From assembly GCA_020248985.1 (NCBI GenBank), contig JADCGL010000039.1, positions 6,645-70,644 on the forward strand: a stretch of 64,000 nucleotides of DNA, given 5' to 3'. This stretch comes from Telmatospirillum sp. (lineage in GTDB: Bacteria > Pseudomonadota > Alphaproteobacteria > CACIAM-22H2). The translations under genes and the position numbers were made by a program. Numbering within the stretch: the first letter of the stretch is position 1; every line of letters starts with the position of its first letter. Positions 58,921-64,000 of this stretch are shown piece by piece. Below the pieces are notes generated by a model. The model ran no database searches and was not told the DNA's origin. It worked only from the letters and a program-made list of their open reading frames with translations.

Positions 58921-60218
58921 TGCTTCAGGACAAAGACCGCATTTTCACCAATCTTTATGCCGACGGCGACTGGGGCCTCGACGGTGCGCGCAAGCGCGGC
59001 GACTGGGACGGCACCAAGGACATTCTCCTCAAAGGCCGCGACTGGATCATCAAGGAGATCCAGGATTCAGGCCTGCGCGGGCGCGGCGGGGCAGGGTTCC
59101 CGACCGGCATGAAATGGTCGTTCATGCCCAAAAAATCCGACGGGCGGCCGCATTACCTCGTGGTGAATGCCGACGAGTCCGAGCCGGGCACCTGCAAGGA
59201 CCGCGAGATCCTGCGCCACGATCCGCACAAGCTCGTCGAAGGCTGCCTGATCGCCGGTTTTGCGATGGGAGCCAACGCCGCCTATATCTATGTGCGCGGC
59301 GAGTTCTACAACGAATCCTCTAATCTCGAGATCGCCGTGCAGCAAGCCTATGCGGCAGGCTTGCTCGGGCCCGACGCCTGCGGTTCGGGCTGGCCGTTCG
59401 ATGTGTATGTGCATCGCGGTGCCGGGGCTTATATCTGCGGCGAAGAAACCGCGCTGATCGAATCGCTCGAAGGCAAAAAGGGCCAGCCGCGCCTGAAGCC
59501 GCCGTTCCCGGCCGGCATGGGCCTTTATGGCTGCCCCACGACGGTCAACAATGTCGAATCGATCGCGGTCGCACCGACGATTATTCGGCGCGGCGCGGCG
59601 TGGTTTGCCGGCATCGGGCGGCCCAAGAATTCGGGCACGAAATTGTTCTGCATCTCGGGCCACGTCAACAAGCCCTGCACGGTCGAAGAAGCGATGAGCA
59701 TTCCGCTCAAAGAACTCATCGAGAAACATTGCGGCGGCGTGCGCGGTGGCTGGGACAATCTGCTCGGCATCATCCCGGGCGGCGCGTCGGTGCCGGTGCT
59801 GCCCAAAGCGATCTGCGACACGGTGCTGATGGACTTCGATGCGCTCCGCGAAGTGCGTTCGGGCCTGGGTACGGCCGCCGTCATCGTCATGGACAAGTCG
59901 ACCGACATCGTGAAAGCGATCGCGCGCCTGTCGCGCTTCTACATGCACGAAAGCTGCGGCCAGTGCACGCCGTGCCGCGAGGGGACGGGCTGGCTGTTCC
60001 GCGTGATGCAGCGCATGGTCAAGGGCGAGGCCGAGCCCAAAGAAATCGACATGCTCGAAGAAGTCACGCGCCAGATCGAAGGCCACACGATCTGCGCATT
60101 GGGCGACGCTGCGGCGTGGCCCGTGCAGGGCCTCATCCGCCATTTCCGTCCCGAGATGGAAATGCGCATCCAGAACTACAAAGCCTCGCGCGCCCAGCCG
60201 CGCGCGGCGGCCGAGTAA
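58917..60218 (+). CDS. nuoF: NADH-quinone oxidoreductase subunit F
   Basis: [46 protein letters not shown]. Confidence 0.98.
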   Translation: MMLQDKDRIFTNLYADGDWGLDGARKRGDWDGTKDILLKGRDWIIKEIQDSGLRGRGGAGFPTGMKWSFMPKKSDGRPHYLVVNADESEPGTCKDREILRHDPHKLVEGCLIAGFAMGANAAYIYVRGEFYNESSNLEIAVQQAYAAGLLGPDACGSGWPFDVYVHRGAGAYICGEETALIESLEGKKGQPRLKPPFPAGMGLYGCPTTVNNVESIAVAPTIIRRGAAWFAGIGRPKNSGTKLFCISGHVNKPCTVEEAMSIPLKELIEKHCGGVRGGWDNLLGIIPGGASVPVLPKAICDTVLMDFDALREVRSGLGTAAVIVMDKSTDIVKAIARLSRFYMHESCGQCTPCREGTGWLFRVMQRMVKGEAEPKEIDMLEEVTRQIEGHTICALGDAAAWPVQGLIRHFRPEMEMRIQNYKASRAQPRAAAE

Positions 60219-60235
60219 AAAGGGACGAACCGAGC

Positions 60236-62299
60236 ATGCCGAAAGTCACCATCGACGGCGAAGCGATCGAAGTCCCGGCCGGGATCACGGTTCTGCAGGC
60301 GTGCGAAATCGCCGGCAAGGAAGTGCCGCGCTTCTGCTACCACGAGCGCTTGTCGGTCGCGGGCAATTGCCGCATGTGCTTGGTCGAGATGGAGAAGAGC
60401 CCCAAGCCCGTCGCGTCGTGCGCGATGCCGGTGGCCGAAGGCCAGGTCATCAAGACCGACACGCCACTCGTCAAGAAAGCGCGCAACGGCGTGATGGAGT
60501 TCCTGCTCATCAACCATCCGCTCGACTGCCCGATCTGCGACCAGGGCGGGGAATGCGATTTGCAGGACCAGGCCATGGCCTACGGCATGGATCGCGGCCG
60601 CTATCTCGAGAACAAGCGCGCCGTGCCGGACAAGGAAATCGGCCCGCTCGTCAAAACCATCATGACGCGCTGCATCCATTGCACGCGCTGCGTTCGCTTC
60701 TCGACCGAAGTGGCGGGCACCGAGGAGCTCGGTGCGGTGTTCCGCGGCGAGCACATGGAAATCGACACCTATATCGAGAAGGCGCTGTCGAGCGAGCTCT
60801 CGGGCAACATCGTCGATCTTTGCCCGGTGGGTGCGCTCACCTCGAAGCCCTACGCCTTCAATGCGCGCCCGTGGGAGCTGCGCAAGACCGAAACGATCGA
60901 CGCGTTCGATGCGCTTGGTGCCAGCATCCGCGTCGACGCGCGCGGGCCCGAAGTGCTGCGCGTCTTGCCGCGCCTCAACGAGGGTACGAACGAGGAGTGG
61001 ATCGGCGACAAGACACGCCACGCGATCGACGGTCTGCGTCGCCAGCGTCTCGACCGGCCCTATGTGCGCAAAGACGGCAAGCTTGTGCCCGCAAGCTGGG
61101 CCGAAGCGCTCGGCGCGGTCGCGGCCAAGCTCAAGTCGACAGCCCCCGCCAAGATCGCCGCGATCGCCGGCGACATGGCCGATTGCGAAGCGATGGCGGC
61201 CCTCAAGGATCTGATGGCCGGGCTCGGCAGCCCCAATCTCGATTGCCGCCAGGACGGGGCGAAGCTCGATCCTTCGCAGCGCGCGGGCTGGCTGTTCAAC
61301 TCGACGGTCGCCGGCATCGAAGAGGCCGACGCGATCCTGTTGATCGGCACCAATCCGCGCTGGGAAAGCCCGGTACTGAATGCGCGCATCCGCAAGCGCT
61401 ACCGTGCCGGCGGCGTCAAGATCGCGGCGATCGGGCCGCAGCTCGATCTTACCTACAAATACGAATATCTGGGCGCGGGCCCCTCGAGCCTTGCCGACTT
61501 GATCGCGGGCAAGATTTCGTTCGCCGAAACGCTGAAAGCCGCCAAGAAGCCGATGCTGATCTTGGGCCAAGGGGCGCTCGCGCGCGCCGACGGCGCTGCC
61601 GTGCTCGCGCTCGCGCGCAAGCTTGCCGACGAATTTTGCTTCGTGGTCGAAGGCTGGAACGGCTTCAACGTGCTGCATACGGCGGCCGCACGCGTGGGCG
61701 GGCTCGAGCTCGGCTTCGTGCCGCAAGCGTTCGGGCGCGACGTCGCCGGCATTCTCGACGGCGCTTCGAACGGCGACATCGAGTTTGTGTATCTGCTGGG
61801 TGCCGACGAACTCGATACGGCGAAACTCGGAAAAGCCTTCGTCGTCTATCAGGGCCATCACGGCGATGCGGGGGCTGCCCGCGCCGATGTGATCCTGCCG
61901 GGTTCGGCCTTCACCGAAAAGAATGCGACCTATGTGAACACCGAAGGCCGCGTGCAGCATGCACGCCTCGCCGTGTTCCCGCCGGGCGAGGCCAAAGAAG
62001 ACTGGAAGATTCTGCGTGCACTGTCCGAACACGCCGGCAAGAAATTGCCCTACGACACGCTCGCCCAAATGCGCGCAAGGCTCGAGGCGATCTCGCCCGT
62101 GTTCGCGACGCGCGACGTGGCCCAGCCGGGAAACTGGGGTGCCTTCGGCAAAGAAGGGCCGGTCGACAATGCCGCCTTCGTGTCGCCGATTTCGAACTAC
62201 TACATGACCGATCCGATCAGCCGCGTGTCGGAAACGATGGCGGCCTGCACGCGGACCTATCTCGAAGCCCGCGCGGGCAGGACCGGCACGCATGGTTGA
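60236..62299 (+). CDS. nuoG: NADH-quinone oxidoreductase subunit G
   Basis: [45 protein letters not shown]. Confidence 0.98.
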   Translation: MPKVTIDGEAIEVPAGITVLQACEIAGKEVPRFCYHERLSVAGNCRMCLVEMEKSPKPVASCAMPVAEGQVIKTDTPLVKKARNGVMEFLLINHPLDCPICDQGGECDLQDQAMAYGMDRGRYLENKRAVPDKEIGPLVKTIMTRCIHCTRCVRFSTEVAGTEELGAVFRGEHMEIDTYIEKALSSELSGNIVDLCPVGALTSKPYAFNARPWELRKTETIDAFDALGASIRVDARGPEVLRVLPRLNEGTNEEWIGDKTRHAIDGLRRQRLDRPYVRKDGKLVPASWAEALGAVAAKLKSTAPAKIAAIAGDMADCEAMAALKDLMAGLGSPNLDCRQDGAKLDPSQRAGWLFNSTVAGIEEADAILLIGTNPRWESPVLNARIRKRYRAGGVKIAAIGPQLDLTYKYEYLGAGPSSLADLIAGKISFAETLKAAKKPMLILGQGALARADGAAVLALARKLADEFCFVVEGWNGFNVLHTAAARVGGLELGFVPQAFGRDVAGILDGASNGDIEFVYLLGADELDTAKLGKAFVVYQGHHGDAGAARADVILPGSAFTEKNATYVNTEGRVQHARLAVFPPGEAKEDWKILRALSEHAGKKLPYDTLAQMRARLEAISPVFATRDVAQPGNWGAFGKEGPVDNAAFVSPISNYYMTDPISRVSETMAACTRTYLEARAGRTGTHG

Positions 62300-63305
62300 G
62301 AGCACGTATCTGAGCATGGCGCTGACGGGTGCTTTGATCCTCGGCCAGATCCTGCTGGTCACGATCCCGCTGCTGCTGGCGGTGGCGATGCTGACCTATG
62401 CTGAGCGCAAGGTGATCGGTGCTATTCAGCTGCGCAAAGGCCCGAACGTCGTCGGCCCGTTCGGCCTGTTCCAGCCTTTCGCCGACGCGCTGAAACTGCT
62501 CACCAAAGAAACCATCGTGCCCACGGGTGCGAACCGCATCGTGTTCATGATGGCGCCGATGCTCACGCTATTGCTGAGCCTCGTCGCGTGGGCCGTGATC
62601 CCGTTCGATGCGGGCTGGGTCATTGCCGACATCAATGTCGGCATCCTCTATCTTTTTGCGATCTCCTCGCTCGGCGTTTACGGCATCATCATGGCGGGCT
62701 GGGCGTCGAACTCGAAATACGCGTTCCTGGGCGCCATGCGCTCGGCAGCCCAGATGGTGTCCTACGAAGTCTCGATCGGCTTCGTCATCATCACCGTGCT
62801 GCTGTGCGTGGGCTCGCTGAACCTGTCGGACATCGTGAACGCGCAGAAGAACATGTGGTTCTTCATCCCGCTCTTCCCGATGTTCGTGATCTTCTTCGTG
62901 TCGGCCTTGGCCGAAACCAACCGGTCGCCGTTCGATTTGCCGGAAGGCGAGTCCGAAATCGTCGCGGGCTATTTCGTCGAATACTCCTCGATGAGCTTCG
63001 CGATGTTCTTCCTCGGCGAATACGCGGCGATGATCCTGATGAGCGGGATGACGGCGATCCTGTTCCTGGGCGGCTGGCTGCCGCCGTTCGACATCGTGCC
63101 TTTCAACTGGATTCCGGGCATCGTGTGGTTTGCGCTCAAGACCGCCTTGTGCCTGTTCGTGTTCCTGTGGGTGCGCGCAACGATGCCGCGCTACCGCTAC
63201 GACCAGCTCATGCGTCTGGGCTGGAAAATCTTTCTGCCGTTTTCGCTGTTCTGGGTCGTGGCCACAGCCGGCGTGCTGATGGCGACGGGCTGGATTCCGC
63301 GCTGA
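62292..63305 (+). CDS. nuoH: NADH-quinone oxidoreductase subunit H
   Basis: ERKV...[38 protein letters not shown]. Confidence 0.98.
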   Translation: MVESTYLSMALTGALILGQILLVTIPLLLAVAMLTYAERKVIGAIQLRKGPNVVGPFGLFQPFADALKLLTKETIVPTGANRIVFMMAPMLTLLLSLVAWAVIPFDAGWVIADINVGILYLFAISSLGVYGIIMAGWASNSKYAFLGAMRSAAQMVSYEVSIGFVIITVLLCVGSLNLSDIVNAQKNMWFFIPLFPMFVIFFVSALAETNRSPFDLPEGESEIVAGYFVEYSSMSFAMFFLGEYAAMILMSGMTAILFLGGWLPPFDIVPFNWIPGIVWFALKTALCLFVFLWVRATMPRYRYDQLMRLGWKIFLPFSLFWVVATAGVLMATGWIPR

Positions 63306-63319
63306 GAGGGAATGGACCG

Positions 63320-63811
63320 ATGGCAGGCAATCTGAACCAAGGGGCAAAGGCGCTGCTGCTGTCCGAGCTGGTCTCGGGCATGGCGCTCACCTTGAAGTAT
63401 TTCTTCAAGCCGAAGGTCACGCTGAACTACCCTTACGAAAAGGGGCCGATCAGCCCGCGTTTCCGCGGCGAACATGCGCTGCGCCGCTATGCGAGCGGGG
63501 AAGAGCGCTGCATCGCGTGCAAGCTCTGCGAAGCGGTGTGCCCGGCCCAGGCGATCACGATCGAAGCCGAACCGCGCGCCGACGGCAGCCGCCGCACCAC
63601 GCGCTACGACATCGACATGACCAAGTGCATCTATTGCGGCTTCTGCCAGGAAGCCTGCCCGGTCGATGCGATCGTCGAAGGCCCGAATTTCGAGTTCTCG
63701 ACCGAGACGCGCGAAGAGCTCATGTACAACAAGGACAAGCTGCTTTCCAACGGCGACCGTTGGGAAACAGAGATCGCGCACAGCCTTGCTGCCGACGCGC
63801 CCTATCGCTGA
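63320..63811 (+). CDS. nuoI: NADH-quinone oxidoreductase subunit I
   Basis: [12 protein letters not shown] and [12 protein letters not shown] ferredoxin motifs; ATG 63320. Confidence 0.98.
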   Translation: MAGNLNQGAKALLLSELVSGMALTLKYFFKPKVTLNYPYEKGPISPRFRGEHALRRYASGEERCIACKLCEAVCPAQAITIEAEPRADGSRRTTRYDIDMTKCIYCGFCQEACPVDAIVEGPNFEFSTETREELMYNKDKLLSNGDRWETEIAHSLAADAPYR

Positions 63812-63832
63812 GCCCGGAGACGTTTAAGCCCC

Positions 63833-64000
63833 ATGCTTGCCGCCATCGTCTTCTACGTTTTTTCCGCGATCCTGGTCGCGTCCGCCGCGATGGTCATCGT
63901 TGCGCGCAACCCGGTGCACTCGGTGCTGTTCTTGATTCTGTGCTTCTTCAACGCGGCGGGTTTGTTCGTGCTGATGGGGGCCGAGTTCCTGGCGATGATC
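63833..64000 (+). CDS. nuoJ: NADH-quinone oxidoreductase subunit J, partial (runs off the window end)
   Basis: [56 protein letters not shown]. Confidence 0.95.
   Translation, partial: MLAAIVFYVFSAILVASAAMVIVARNPVHSVLFLILCFFNAAGLFVLMGAEFLAMI

Overview
High-GC chromosomal segment from an alphaproteobacterium. Gene order and protein families suggest a Rhodospirillales-like organism (inference). I found no integrase, transposase, prophage or CRISPR array. In order: (1) a ~22 kb organic-nitrogen scavenging region with an amidase and allophanate hydrolase, a polyamine ABC transporter, ureDABCEFG, ureidoglycolate lyase, an M20 amidohydrolase, a sigma54-type orphan ABC ATPase, uraH and a cytochrome-less PuuD, interrupted by an M23 peptidase-bactofilin pair and a LysR/AhpD/PNPOx cassette; (2) phoX with a Pho box, folE, a Sel1 protein and an enoyl-CoA hydratase; (3) a small stand-alone transcript with a 17-nt perfect complement of the 16S rRNA 3' end directly before a GTG-started 39-codon ORF (rreB-like); (4) an abm-like aromatic acid-CoA operon with ABC transporter that lacks the flavin monooxygenase and has a stand-alone Old Yellow Enzyme with four clustered Cys and an FN3-like tail; (5) a PQQ sugar dehydrogenase, a PAS-PAS chemoreceptor, a hybrid kinase/REC-Hpt/PAS_5 operon and two flagellins; (6) the core block tRNA-Leu, tig, clpP, clpX, lon, HU, tRNA-Val, mtnA, tRNA-Asp, nuoA-J. 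Best novelty candidates are the extended-SD small gene, a possible variant xanthine (NMT1-type) riboswitch over the uraH ribosome-binding site, and the monooxygenase-less abm-like operon. All calls come from motif reading and recall; no database searches were run.
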